Positions 8,743 through 19,716 of a stretch of DNA of 64,000 nucleotides are shown here, one piece after another. Position numbers and translations under genes: made by a program. The stretch covers positions 62,001 to 126,000 of IMG/VR virus record IMGVR_UViG_3300042308_001616; one strand, 5' to 3'. Each line of letters starts with the position of its first letter. Position 1 is the stretch's first letter. The notes beneath the pieces are model-generated. The model was not told the origin of the DNA. It saw only the letters and a program-made list of their open reading frames with translations, and did no database searches.

Positions 8743-11700
8743 ATGAGTTATAATCTGACAGGCGTCACGGTCTCGGGTTCCTACGGGAGATTGGTACAAG
8801 TTATACATGGTTCGCCAGACACTTACTATGATGGGTTTGGAAACCTTTTGAACCTTGGACCGGGAACTGCATCTGTTGGACCTCAGGGACCTACAGGACC
8901 ACAGGGACTTTCTGTCAATTGGATGGGACCATGGGATTCAATGATGAATTACTTTACATATGATATGGTTTCATATGATGGTAATTCGTATATCTACATA
9001 AGTAATACACCAGGTTCTTCTATTACAACGCCTGACTCGGATCCATCTAAGTGGGATATAATGACACAAAATATAAAAGGTGCCACTGGTTCTATTGGTG
9101 CCACTGGTTCAACCGGTTCTTCCGGTTCATCAGGAACTTCTGGTTCATCTGGTGAAAGTGGATCCTCTGGAACTTCTGGTTCATCTGGAATTAGTGGGTC
9201 ATCAGGAACTTCTGGTTCATCTGGAATTAGTGGGTCGTCTGGAACTTCTGGGTCGTCCGGAATTAGTGGATCATCCGGAACTTCTGGTATAAATGGTGCG
9301 ACCGGCCCAGGATTTGCAGGAATATCAGCATATATACACGTAACATCAACATATTCAATAACTACAAATGATTATTATATAGATGCAAATGGTAGTTTTG
9401 ATGTTATTTTACCTCTTGGTGTACAGGGTAGATCATATGCTATTAAAAATACAGGAACGGGTGTTATCACAGTAAAAGGCACAGCATCTCAGTTAATTGA
9501 CAAACTTCCTTCTTATAATTTGGCATTCTATGATACACTAATAGTAGAATCAGACGGATCCAACTGGTTAGTTCAAAACACACAAACAAAAACATTTATT
9601 AGAGTTTATAACAACACCGGATCTATTATACCAAAAGGAACTGCTCTTAAAATACAATCAACATATAATGGTATTCCGAGTGTTTCATTACCATTAGCAA
9701 GTTTACATTCAACAAATCAACAAGTAATAGGTTTGGCCTATATTGATATACCGAACGAGTCGGAGGGTATTGCTATATCAGGTGGTATTTTATCAGGTCT
9801 TAATTTATCATCATATTCAGTTGGAGATATTCTTTACTTATCTGATACGATAGCAGGTGGATTTGTAAACTCAACAGACTCATTACAATTTTCATCAAGA
9901 ACAAATCAAATTGGATATGTTACCAGTACAAGTTCTACAATAGGAACTATTCAGGTTGAGATTAACAACGAAGATATAAATCTTACTTTAACAGACATTG
10001 AAAGAAATATATTGGAGGGAAATGTTATCTCAACTGGTGTTTATCATTATTTAGGAATGACTAAAACTAGTTCGATTACTTTCACAGTTGCCAGTGCTTC
10101 TGGTTGGATTGTAAAGAATACCGGGGAATTAGCAACTAAACCTGATGTACAAAATGTTATTTATGGTGGAACTACGAGTATTACAACACCATACCTAAAT
10201 AGTGCAGATTCTACATATGTTTTATTAACAGCATCATCATCATTGATGCTACAATCAACATTTCCATCACCACAACAGAGGCGAGAGAATATATTTTTGG
10301 GTAAAGTGGTTCACCCTGACAGACAAACAATACTAAACGTAAACAACACGGTTGATTACGACGTATCACCGATGTCATCACTAAGAGATTTATGGACACC
10401 ATTAAAACTTGTCAATCAGGGTATAATACCATCGGCACATAGTACGACATTAGAATTCAATACATCAGCAGGAACTCTCTGGGGTAACGGAATTGGATGG
10501 ACAACAAACGAACTAAATCCAAATAGTGTGTTAATTGGTGGTCAATCACCTGTCACTTTCCAATATAGGACACAGATGGGTGGATCCTTTTCCAACACAA
10601 CGCTTATTGACCCCTCACACTACGATAACGCCGGCACTGTTACACTGGTTGGTGGGGGTAACGGTTCTTCAACAAATCAGAGAATATATTTGTTCCCAAC
10701 AGGACTTATAAGAGTTCAATATGGACAAACCGTATACGGAACATTATCCGAGGCAATTACCGGAACACAGGAAGAACTTTTCACCGAATTCGTCAACAAC
10801 AGAGATAATGGTATTTTGATAGGAATACTATCTATCAATAAGAATGCAACAAACTTATCCAATCCATTACAAGCAAGATTCAACTTTGTTTCTAAATTTG
10901 GAGAAATACTCGGTGGTTCTGGTGGTATTTCTACAACAACTCTACAACAAGCATATGATAACTCATCAACACCAGAAATAGTTACTAATACCAGTCTGGG
11001 TGCAGTTTCTTTCAAAAGAGGAAGTGCGTCGGATACAGATAATGTGATTGAAGTATTGAGTGGTAACGGTTCTAATGGTGTAACGTTTAGTGTAACGGGA
11101 CAAGGAAGAACGAATACAAATACTCTCACAATACACGGTATTGGTGCCACTGCCGGACTTACCAATTATGTAGTTGTTGATAATTCGGGAAATACATACT
11201 ACCAAACAGGGACGATTGGGAGTGGTAGTAATGGAAGTTCTGGTAGTAGTGGTGTGAGTGGAAGTAGTGGGACGAGTGGAAGTAGTGGAACAAGTGGTGT
11301 AAATGGTGCAGGTGGTACACTCGGATATTATGGTTCATTCTATGACACATCCAACCAGTTCAATTTGACTGCAAGTGTTCCTATGGCGATGACCATAAAC
11401 TCACAATATGAGGCAAATGGTGTATCGATAGTAGATGGTTCAAAGATGACTTTCACACATCCAGGAACTTACAACTTACAATTTTCAACAGTATTCAATA
11501 AATCAAATTCGAATTCGGGTTCAGTGGATATATGGTTTGCTAGAAATGGAGATTATATAACAAACTCAAATACACTTTTCTATGCAGCAGGCCAGGCAAC
11601 ATCTATTGCGGCATGGAATTATATGACAACACTCAATGCCAATGATTATATACAACTTTATTGGCAGTCAAATGACACAAGTATATCAATACAATCAACT

Positions 11701-12324
11701 GGCACACAATCTAATCCAGATAGACCAGCAGTTCCGTCAATAATACTAACTGCACAACAGGTTATGTACACACAATTGGGTGCAACTGGTAATTCTGGAT
11801 CTTCGGGTACATCTGGTTCATCAGGAACTTCTGGTTCGTCCGGTAGTTCAGGTTCATCCGGTTCATCAGGAAGTTCAGGTTCGAGTGGTTCGTCAGGAAC
11901 GTCTGGTCTTCTATTATTGAATGGGTCGACCGATAATGGAATAATAACACTAAACGGGTCAGTACCAAATGCAACTGTCGAAACAAATCTAACATTTGAC
12001 GGAAACACATTACGTGCAAATGCAAATGCAACAACTGTTCCACTTATAATTGCATCCGGATCGTCTACACAGGATCTCGTGAGGATAACACAAACAGGAA
12101 CAGGAAACGCATTCGTCGTAGAAGATAGTTCGAATCCGGATTCAACACCATTCGTTATAAGTAATACCGGAAATGTTGGTATCGGGACGGCATCACCAAC
12201 CGACAATTTATCAGTAGCAGGAAATGTTAAAATAACCGGAACTATGAGTGGTTCGAGTAACAATACAATACTTACGGACACACTCATACAAGCAGGCTTA
12301 TTATACCTTTCTAACAACTGTTAA
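8743..12324 (+). CDS. Fibre-like structural protein with Gly-X-Y (GSS/GTS) tracts and a C1q/BclA-like trimer domain
   Basis: 1193 aa; GPQGPTGPQG, three GSSGTS tracts, YYGSFYDT...GTYNLQFS domain, GNVGIGT beta repeat. Confidence 0.75.
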   Translation: MSYNLTGVTVSGSYGRLVQVIHGSPDTYYDGFGNLLNLGPGTASVGPQGPTGPQGLSVNWMGPWDSMMNYFTYDMVSYDGNSYIYISNTPGSSITTPDSDPSKWDIMTQNIKGATGSIGATGSTGSSGSSGTSGSSGESGSSGTSGSSGISGSSGTSGSSGISGSSGTSGSSGISGSSGTSGINGATGPGFAGISAYIHVTSTYSITTNDYYIDANGSFDVILPLGVQGRSYAIKNTGTGVITVKGTASQLIDKLPSYNLAFYDTLIVESDGSNWLVQNTQTKTFIRVYNNTGSIIPKGTALKIQSTYNGIPSVSLPLASLHSTNQQVIGLAYIDIPNESEGIAISGGILSGLNLSSYSVGDILYLSDTIAGGFVNSTDSLQFSSRTNQIGYVTSTSSTIGTIQVEINNEDINLTLTDIERNILEGNVISTGVYHYLGMTKTSSITFTVASASGWIVKNTGELATKPDVQNVIYGGTTSITTPYLNSADSTYVLLTASSSLMLQSTFPSPQQRRENIFLGKVVHPDRQTILNVNNTVDYDVSPMSSLRDLWTPLKLVNQGIIPSAHSTTLEFNTSAGTLWGNGIGWTTNELNPNSVLIGGQSPVTFQYRTQMGGSFSNTTLIDPSHYDNAGTVTLVGGGNGSSTNQRIYLFPTGLIRVQYGQTVYGTLSEAITGTQEELFTEFVNNRDNGILIGILSINKNATNLSNPLQARFNFVSKFGEILGGSGGISTTTLQQAYDNSSTPEIVTNTSLGAVSFKRGSASDTDNVIEVLSGNGSNGVTFSVTGQGRTNTNTLTIHGIGATAGLTNYVVVDNSGNTYYQTGTIGSGSNGSSGSSGVSGSSGTSGSSGTSGVNGAGGTLGYYGSFYDTSNQFNLTASVPMAMTINSQYEANGVSIVDGSKMTFTHPGTYNLQFSTVFNKSNSNSGSVDIWFARNGDYITNSNTLFYAAGQATSIAAWNYMTTLNANDYIQLYWQSNDTSISIQSTGTQSNPDRPAVPSIILTAQQVMYTQLGATGNSGSSGTSGSSGTSGSSGSSGSSGSSGSSGSSGSSGTSGLLLLNGSTDNGIITLNGSVPNATVETNLTFDGNTLRANANATTVPLIIASGSSTQDLVRITQTGTGNAFVVEDSSNPDSTPFVISNTGNVGIGTASPTDNLSVAGNVKITGTMSGSSNNTILTDTLIQAGLLYLSNNC

Positions 12325-12371
12325 GGTGTTAGTCCATTTTAATATATACCCAAAAGAAAAAGGTAAACCTT

Positions 12372-15300
12372 TTGGCTAGAAATCCTAAATACCAGATACG
12401 TAACCTCTCTACTGACGGTTATGGAAGATTAGTACAAGTTGTAAATGGAGTTTATTACGATGGATTTGGTAATATTTTAAGTATTGGTAGTGTTGGTAGT
12501 TCAGGAATCATTGGCGGTTCGTCGGGAACATCGGGTTTAAGTGGAAACTCTGGGTCATCGGGTTCATCCGGAACATCAGGGCTAAGTGGAAACTCTGGGT
12601 CATCCGGAACATCGGGTTCTTCTGGATACTCAGGAACATCAGGTTCAAGTGGAACGAGTGGTGTTTCGGATAAGTATAAGACTACAACGGTTCACACAAT
12701 GCCAGTTCCGAGTGTGGATGACATTATATTATTAGAATCTCTTGATACAGGTCTTGCATACACAGTAGGACAATCAATAATATTGGCGGAATCTGCGTAC
12801 GATTATCTGGAAGGTATTGTTCAAAGTTATAGTCCAATAACGGGTGATATGTACGTTATTGTCAAATATGTCGTTGGTTCGCCTGATGGGCCAGATTTTA
12901 CGATAAATATTGATGGAACAACTGGGTCATCCGGAACATCTGGGTCATCCGGAATTAGTGGTTCATCCGGATCTTCCGGAACACGTGGTAGTTCAGGTTC
13001 GTCCGGTTCTTCTGGTATTTCCGGTTCGTCCGGAACTTCGGGGTCTTCCGGAGAAAGTGGTTCTTCTGGTATTTCCGGTTCTTCTGGTATTTCCGGTTCG
13101 TCCGGAACTTCGGGGTCTTCCGGAGAAAGTGGTTCTTCTGGTATTTCCGGTTCTTCTGGAACTTCAGGTTCGTCAGGAGAAAGTGGTTCCTCTGGAACTT
13201 CTGGGTCTTCCGGTTCTTCTGGAGCTTCTGGAACTTCAGGTTCGTCAGGAGAAAGTGGTTCCTCTGGAACTTCTGGGTCTTCCGGTTCTTCTGGAGCTTC
13301 TGGAACTTCTGGGTCATCAGGAACGTCCGGTTCTTCTGGGTCATCAGGTTCATCAGGAACTTCTGGGTCATCTGGTGAAAGTGGATCATCCGGAACTTCT
13401 GGTTCATCCGGAACTTCTGGTTCTTCTGGATCCAGTGGAACAGGATTTGACACAATTTCAAATCCATCTGATAACAGATTATTGACATCGGATGGAACTA
13501 CCAACGCAGCGGTTGCTGAAAGTAATCTAACATTTGATGGTAGTTTGTTAACAATGATTGGTTCTTCCAATTTTGGAACATCTTCTGGAACACAAAATCT
13601 ATATGGTAGTGTAATTTCCAATGATAGTTTCTCCATTGGGACACAACAATTTTTCCCACAAGGTAATAACGGATTTTCAGTCAATGAAAACTTTGACGCC
13701 AGTAATAGCACATCTCAAACGGCTTATCATTTTACATCTGGCTCAAACACAAAAAATATAGTATTTACTTTAGCAAAAACCGGAGAATATACGACAGTTT
13801 TTGGTACAGATGGTAGTTCAACTTCCAATAAATTTGTAATAGGCTCAGAAACATCGAATACCGTTTTTCAATTCAAAAGTGGATTGGGAATACAACCAAT
13901 TAACTTAGACGGCGGTTCTGTGATGTTTGAGGTGGCTACAAATTCATTATTTGCACCAAATATACCATCCGGTACAACCGAGACGGATATATTAGTCAGA
14001 GATGGTAGTGGTTATATTACATACAGAAGTGATTTAAGTTTATCAGGAACGTCTGGGTCTTCCGGTAGTGCAGGTTCATCAGGAACATCCGGTTCTTCTG
14101 GGTCTTCCGGTTCATCTGGATCATCAGGAACATCAGGAACATCAGGAACGTCTGGGTCTTCCGGTTCATCTGGATCATCAGGTTCTTCCGGAACATCAGG
14201 AACGTCTGGGTCTTCCGGTAGTGCAGGTTCATCAGGAACATCCGGTTCATCTGGATCATCAGGTTCTTCCGGAACATCAGGAACGTCTGGGTCTTCTGGG
14301 TCTTCCGGTTCATCTGGAACATCAGGTTCATCTGGAACGTCTGGTTCTTCTGGGTCTTCCGGTTCATCAGGAACGTCCGGTTCTTCTGGGTCTTCCGGTT
14401 CTTCTGGAACATCAGGTTCATCAGGAACGTCTGGTTCTTCCGGTTCATCTGGAACGTCTGGTTCTTCTGGGTCTTCCGGTTCATCAGGAACGTCCGGTTC
14501 ATCAGGAACGTCTGGGTCTTCCGGTTCTTCTGGAACATCAGGTTCTTCTGGTTCATCTGGAACTTCTGGGTCTTCCGGTAGTGCAGGTTCATCAGGAACG
14601 TCTGGGTCTTCCGGTTCATCAGGAACATCTGGTTCGTCTGGATCAACAGGTTCGTCTGGGTCATCAGGATCAGCAGGAAGTTCAGGTTCTACCGGGTCTT
14701 CGGGAACGTCAGGAAGTTCAGGTTCATCAGGAACAAGAGGTTCGTCTGGGTCATCAGGTTCTACCGGATCTTCGGGGTCTTCTGGATCAGCAGGAACATC
14801 AGGATCTTCCGGTACATCTGGTTCGTCTGGGTCAGCAGGAACATCTGGTTCGTCTGGGTCAGCAGGAACATCTGGTTCGTCTGGGTCTTCCGGTACATCA
14901 GGTTCGACAGGATCATCCGGAACAAGTGGTGCACAAGGACCACAGGGTATATCCGCAGGTCAGATATACTATTTCAATATGTCTATGACAGCTTCTGTAA
15001 ATGGATATAGGTCGCTTTCAACAACACCACTTCCAAATGGTGGCACATATTCAATAGAAACACTTACGGGGAATGAGTCAGGACATTTAGTAGAGACTTT
15101 TATGACAGATCCATTAGGATTTTCTATCATTCCTGGTGGAACACAAAGGTTTCACTTACATTTTTTAAAGGGTGCGGTTGGTGATGATATAGAGGCTTAT
15201 GTGAGTATAAGACTTAGTGATAGTGTAGGTGTTCCTATTGGACCTACGTTATCAAGCAACAAACAATACATTGGATGGAATGACTCAACAACTAATGTAG

Positions 15301-18300
15301 AGGTACTAACCGATTTAACACTTCCAACGACCGGAATAGATCCAACCAACAGAATGCTTGTAAGCATATATTTGGATAACAAGGATTCGAATTCAAGAAC
15401 GGTTCAATTTCACACAGAAGGAACGGATGATTATTCTTATGTCATAACGTCTGTTGGTGTTGTGAATGGAACTTCTGGGTCTTCCGGTTCAAGTGGTTCT
15501 ACAGGAACTTCCGGATCTTCTGGCTCATCCGGAACTTCTGGAACTTCTGGAACGTCTGGTTCTTCCGGTAGTGCAGGATCATCAGGTACAAGAGGTTCAT
15601 CCGGGTCATCAGGAACTTCTGGTTCATCGGGAACTTCTGGTTCGTCTGGAACATCTGGAACTTCTGGTTCGTCTGGAACATCAGGTTCGTCTGGTAGTTC
15701 TGGTTCATCAGGAAGTTCTGGTTCGTCCGGAACATCTGGAACATCTGGATCTTCTGGTTCGTCTGGAACATCTGGATCTTCTGGTAGTTCTGGTTCATCA
15801 GGAACTTCTGGTTCGTCTGGAACTTCTGGTTCGTCTGGAACTTCCGGTACTTCGGGTTCTTCCGGTACTTCGGGTTCATCTGGAACTTCCGGTACTTCGG
15901 GTTCTTCTGGAACTTCTGGAACATCTGGTTCATCAGGTACTTCGGGCTCTTCCGGAACATCTGGTTCATCAGGTACTTCGGGCTCTTCCGGAACATCTGG
16001 TTCTTCTGGTAGTTCCGGTACGAGAGGATCATCGGGTTCTTCCGGAACATCTGGGTCATCCGGAACATCTGGGTCATCCGGAACGTCTGGTTCTTCCGGT
16101 TCATCTGGAACTTCTGGAACATCCGGTTCTTCCGGTTCGAGTGGGTCGTCCGGGTCTTCCGGGTCTTCTGGAACATCTGGTTCTTCCGGAACGTCTGGTT
16201 CTTCCGGTAGTTCCGGTACGAGAGGATCATCCGGTTCTTCTGGATCATCGGGAACTTCCGGGGTAAATGGAATCGACTCTGCGAGTTTTGAGTACACTTA
16301 TAGTACAACGACCACTGCGTCGGATCCTGGATCAGGTTTCTTCAGACTAAACAACCTAACTATGGGTAGTGCGACCTCACTTTACATAGACAGATTTGAC
16401 AGAAATGGTAATAACGACTTACAAAACTTCTTCAGTTCGCTTACAAACTACGGTTCGACAAATAGACGAGGTTTCATAAAGATAACTAAACAGAACGACC
16501 TTACATGGTTTCAGACATATGAATTTAGTGCGACAACCGATAACACAGGATGGTGGACGATTACCATAAATAACGTAATACTCGATGCCAACTTTACAAA
16601 CAACGATTTGTGTTTTATCAGTTTCAATGTTTCAGGACCAACGGGAACAAGTGGGAGTTCAGGAACATCTGGTTCTTCCGGTTCATCTGGAACTTCCGGT
16701 ACTTCGGGTTCTTCTGGAACTTCTGGAACATCTGGTTCATCAGGTACTTCGGGCTCTTCCGGAACATCTGGTTCATCTGGAACTTCCGGTTCTTCCGGAA
16801 CGTCTGGTTCTTCTGGTAGTTCCGGTACGAGAGGATCATCGGGTTCTTCCGGAACATCTGGGTCATCAGGAACATCTGGTTCGAGTGGGTCTTCAGGAAC
16901 ATCTGGTTCTTCCGGTTCATCTGGAACTTCTGGTTCGAGTGGGTCTTCAGGAACATCTGGTTCTTCCGGTTCATCTGGAACTTCTGGGCCATCCGGGTCT
17001 TCTGGGTCATCTGGAACATCTGGTTCTTCCGGGTCATCTGGAACATCTGGTTCTTCCGGGTCATCTGGAACATCTGGTTCTTCCGGGTCATCTGGAACAT
17101 CTGGTTCTTCCGGGTCTTCTGGGTCATCTGGAACATCTGGTTCTTCCGGGTCTTCTGGGTCATCTGGAACATCTGGTTCTTCCGGTAGTGCAGGATCATC
17201 AGGTACAAGAGGTTCATCCGGGTCATCAGGAACATCTGGTTCTTCCGGGTCTTCAGGAACATCTGGTTCGAGTGGTTCTTCCGGCACTTCTGGATTACTA
17301 AGTCTAACAGGTTCAACTGATAATGGTGTTATAACTCTCAATGGTTCCATTCCAAATGCTATAGTTGAAAGTAATCTTACATTTGATGGTAGTATACTAA
17401 ATGTGACTGGTCGTATTATTGCATCCGCATCAACTTCTACGGACCTTTTAAGACTAACACAAGTAGGAACAGGAAACGCTTTTGTTGTAGAGGATAGTAC
17501 GAATCCGGACATTACCCCGTTTGTTATACAGGGTGATGGAAAAGTCGCCATAGGAACTTCTTCCACCGTTGCAAACTTAGAGGTTAGAGCCAATGGTGCA
17601 AACGGTATATTACTGGGTCAAGATCTTGCAGCGAGTGGACAATCGAGTAGACTTTTCTTCAGCAACGGAACAGACGGACAACACATAGCAATACTCAATT
17701 CAAATAACGGAGGATTCGATTTCAGAACTCTATCAACTGCGAATGTTTCCACTGGAACTCAAAGGATGACAATTGCAGCAGGTGGTGATGTCTACATAGC
17801 ACAGTCCCTCGGAATAAACCAACCAACACCTACTGCAAAAATACATGTGGTACCTGGTTCAACACAATCTGGTCTTATAGTTGCAGGTAATAGTGATCAA
17901 GATATGGTCAGGATAACACAGATAGGAACAGGTAACGCAATTATTGTTGAAGATAACACGAATCCAGACTCAACACCTTTCGTCGTTGATGCATCAGGAA
18001 ACATAGGTGCAGGAACCGCATCACCATCAACAAAATTACACGTATTCTCTACGACGAGTGGTGCTATAAGAATAGTCGACGGAACACAGCAGAATGGATA
18101 CGTACTTACATCCGATGCAAACGGGTTGGCAACATGGCAAGTATCATCTGGTGGTGGTTCATCACTGAGTGGTACAATCAACTACGTTCCATTCTACAAA
18201 ACAACCACAACACTATCATCTACGAGTTCGATACAGGTCTCTGGTGATACAGTCGGAATAGGAGTTTCATTCTCAAACACCGGTGGACCGAGTACAGACT

Positions 18301-19673
18301 ACAGACTGCACGTAAACTATGGATCTGGTACCTACGGTGTTCTAATTGAAGGTGGTGGTGGAATTTCCGAAAACATACCACTTAGATTATGGGACAGTGG
18401 AACAGGTACAAACAATATAAATATTTTAGAGTTTGGACACGCAACTGCGAGTCCTAAACTATATGTTCCGGGTGCACGTATAAAATCTACAAATCCTGGT
18501 TCCGGTGCAACAACAGGAGCTCATTTAATATTAGAAACTTCGTCAATATCAAATCCAACATCAACAACTTGGAATACCAATCAACTCTATTTGAGAAATG
18601 ATGGAAATGTAGGTATCGGAACAAATACACCAACTTCATATTTAACAATAAACACACCAGGTGGTTCATTGTATAGTGGTGGTTCTACAGGGGAACATGC
18701 AATATTAATAGGTAGTCAGTCCACTGGTTCTGTTGCTGCATATATAGGAACCGACGAAACACTTTCCGCGATGTACATACAATCTGGTATAAGAGGTGGT
18801 GCCGCAACTCCTATACTACTAAACGCACAGGGTGGAAACATCGGAATCGGTGTGACATCACCTTCTGCAAAATTACACGCAGTAACTAATGTATCATCAA
18901 TTCCGTTGATAATAGCATCCGGATCTACAACGGTTGATTTGGTGAGAATAACGCAGGTCGGTACAGGAAACGCTTTTGTGGTTGAAGATGCTACAAATCC
19001 AGATACCACACCATTTGCTATAACCAACACCGGAAAGGTAAAGGTTGGAACGACCGTCGATTCAATCTATTCATCCAATATATATTCGATATCAACGACA
19101 TATGGATTAGAGGCATATGGTGATTTAGCAGGAGTATACGCACGAGGATTAACTTATGGAATTGTAGCAGAAGCGGCTACTGATGGAATGGTAGTTGCAG
19201 GTATTATGGCATCTGCAACAAACGACCAATTTATGTATGGAGTATACTACGGTGGAATGTTCTCGGCAAACTCATCAAATGGTGTCAATTACGCGGTAAG
19301 GTTACAGGATGGATCACAAGGATTGAACAAAGTTCTGGTGGACACCATAGGTGACGGATCTGCCAACTGGAAAAGTGATCTGAGTATAACATCAATCATA
19401 GCTTCTGCATCAAGTACTTCTGATATAGTAAGAATCACCCAAACCGGAACAGGAAATGCGTTAGTCGTTGAAGATTCAACAAATCCAGATGCAACACCTT
19501 TTGTTATAACATCTACGGGAAATGTTGCAATAGGAACACAATCTACAAATAACACACTACACGTACAGGGTTCTATGGAACTCACCGGAACATTCTCGGG
19601 TAGTAATTCTAATTTCGTAGATGCAAACCTTATAACACAAACCGTTCTACTCTATATGTCGAACAACACTTAG
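12372..19673 (+). CDS. Giant fibre-like structural protein with five Ser/Thr-rich Gly-X-Y tracts
   Basis: 2433 aa, TTG start; long (G-[ST]-S)n tracts between globular domains; four RITQxGTGNAxxVEDxTNPDxTPF-type modules and GxVGIGT repeats typical of phage fibres. Confidence 0.8.
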   Translation: MARNPKYQIRNLSTDGYGRLVQVVNGVYYDGFGNILSIGSVGSSGIIGGSSGTSGLSGNSGSSGSSGTSGLSGNSGSSGTSGSSGYSGTSGSSGTSGVSDKYKTTTVHTMPVPSVDDIILLESLDTGLAYTVGQSIILAESAYDYLEGIVQSYSPITGDMYVIVKYVVGSPDGPDFTINIDGTTGSSGTSGSSGISGSSGSSGTRGSSGSSGSSGISGSSGTSGSSGESGSSGISGSSGISGSSGTSGSSGESGSSGISGSSGTSGSSGESGSSGTSGSSGSSGASGTSGSSGESGSSGTSGSSGSSGASGTSGSSGTSGSSGSSGSSGTSGSSGESGSSGTSGSSGTSGSSGSSGTGFDTISNPSDNRLLTSDGTTNAAVAESNLTFDGSLLTMIGSSNFGTSSGTQNLYGSVISNDSFSIGTQQFFPQGNNGFSVNENFDASNSTSQTAYHFTSGSNTKNIVFTLAKTGEYTTVFGTDGSSTSNKFVIGSETSNTVFQFKSGLGIQPINLDGGSVMFEVATNSLFAPNIPSGTTETDILVRDGSGYITYRSDLSLSGTSGSSGSAGSSGTSGSSGSSGSSGSSGTSGTSGTSGSSGSSGSSGSSGTSGTSGSSGSAGSSGTSGSSGSSGSSGTSGTSGSSGSSGSSGTSGSSGTSGSSGSSGSSGTSGSSGSSGSSGTSGSSGTSGSSGSSGTSGSSGSSGSSGTSGSSGTSGSSGSSGTSGSSGSSGTSGSSGSAGSSGTSGSSGSSGTSGSSGSTGSSGSSGSAGSSGSTGSSGTSGSSGSSGTRGSSGSSGSTGSSGSSGSAGTSGSSGTSGSSGSAGTSGSSGSAGTSGSSGSSGTSGSTGSSGTSGAQGPQGISAGQIYYFNMSMTASVNGYRSLSTTPLPNGGTYSIETLTGNESGHLVETFMTDPLGFSIIPGGTQRFHLHFLKGAVGDDIEAYVSIRLSDSVGVPIGPTLSSNKQYIGWNDSTTNVEVLTDLTLPTTGIDPTNRMLVSIYLDNKDSNSRTVQFHTEGTDDYSYVITSVGVVNGTSGSSGSSGSTGTSGSSGSSGTSGTSGTSGSSGSAGSSGTRGSSGSSGTSGSSGTSGSSGTSGTSGSSGTSGSSGSSGSSGSSGSSGTSGTSGSSGSSGTSGSSGSSGSSGTSGSSGTSGSSGTSGTSGSSGTSGSSGTSGTSGSSGTSGTSGSSGTSGSSGTSGSSGTSGSSGTSGSSGSSGTRGSSGSSGTSGSSGTSGSSGTSGSSGSSGTSGTSGSSGSSGSSGSSGSSGTSGSSGTSGSSGSSGTRGSSGSSGSSGTSGVNGIDSASFEYTYSTTTTASDPGSGFFRLNNLTMGSATSLYIDRFDRNGNNDLQNFFSSLTNYGSTNRRGFIKITKQNDLTWFQTYEFSATTDNTGWWTITINNVILDANFTNNDLCFISFNVSGPTGTSGSSGTSGSSGSSGTSGTSGSSGTSGTSGSSGTSGSSGTSGSSGTSGSSGTSGSSGSSGTRGSSGSSGTSGSSGTSGSSGSSGTSGSSGSSGTSGSSGSSGTSGSSGSSGTSGPSGSSGSSGTSGSSGSSGTSGSSGSSGTSGSSGSSGTSGSSGSSGSSGTSGSSGSSGSSGTSGSSGSAGSSGTRGSSGSSGTSGSSGSSGTSGSSGSSGTSGLLSLTGSTDNGVITLNGSIPNAIVESNLTFDGSILNVTGRIIASASTSTDLLRLTQVGTGNAFVVEDSTNPDITPFVIQGDGKVAIGTSSTVANLEVRANGANGILLGQDLAASGQSSRLFFSNGTDGQHIAILNSNNGGFDFRTLSTANVSTGTQRMTIAAGGDVYIAQSLGINQPTPTAKIHVVPGSTQSGLIVAGNSDQDMVRITQIGTGNAIIVEDNTNPDSTPFVVDASGNIGAGTASPSTKLHVFSTTSGAIRIVDGTQQNGYVLTSDANGLATWQVSSGGGSSLSGTINYVPFYKTTTTLSSTSSIQVSGDTVGIGVSFSNTGGPSTDYRLHVNYGSGTYGVLIEGGGGISENIPLRLWDSGTGTNNINILEFGHATASPKLYVPGARIKSTNPGSGATTGAHLILETSSISNPTSTTWNTNQLYLRNDGNVGIGTNTPTSYLTINTPGGSLYSGGSTGEHAILIGSQSTGSVAAYIGTDETLSAMYIQSGIRGGAATPILLNAQGGNIGIGVTSPSAKLHAVTNVSSIPLIIASGSTTVDLVRITQVGTGNAFVVEDATNPDTTPFAITNTGKVKVGTTVDSIYSSNIYSISTTYGLEAYGDLAGVYARGLTYGIVAEAATDGMVVAGIMASATNDQFMYGVYYGGMFSANSSNGVNYAVRLQDGSQGLNKVLVDTIGDGSANWKSDLSITSIIASASSTSDIVRITQTGTGNALVVEDSTNPDATPFVITSTGNVAIGTQSTNNTLHVQGSMELTGTFSGSNSNFVDANLITQTVLLYMSNNT
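12920..17295 (+). repeat. Coding Gly-Ser/Thr-Ser triplet tracts (about 12920-13440, 14040-14950, 15465-16265, 16640-17295)
   Basis: 9-bp-period degenerate repeats (GGN-TCN/ACN-TCN/AGT) with Gly at every third residue. Confidence 0.95.
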
Positions 19674-19716
19674 TGAAGGAAGACCATCATCGTAATATAT
19701 AAAAGAAAAAACGAAG

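Noticed and set aside
12827-17593. Many long alternative-frame and antisense ORFs over the fibre gene (e.g. 12827..13711, 14068..14988, 15437..16297, 16511..17593)
   Set aside because: They are by-products of the stop-poor GGN-TCN repeat; their products (EPEVPD, LVLPVH runs) have no start context or independent features.
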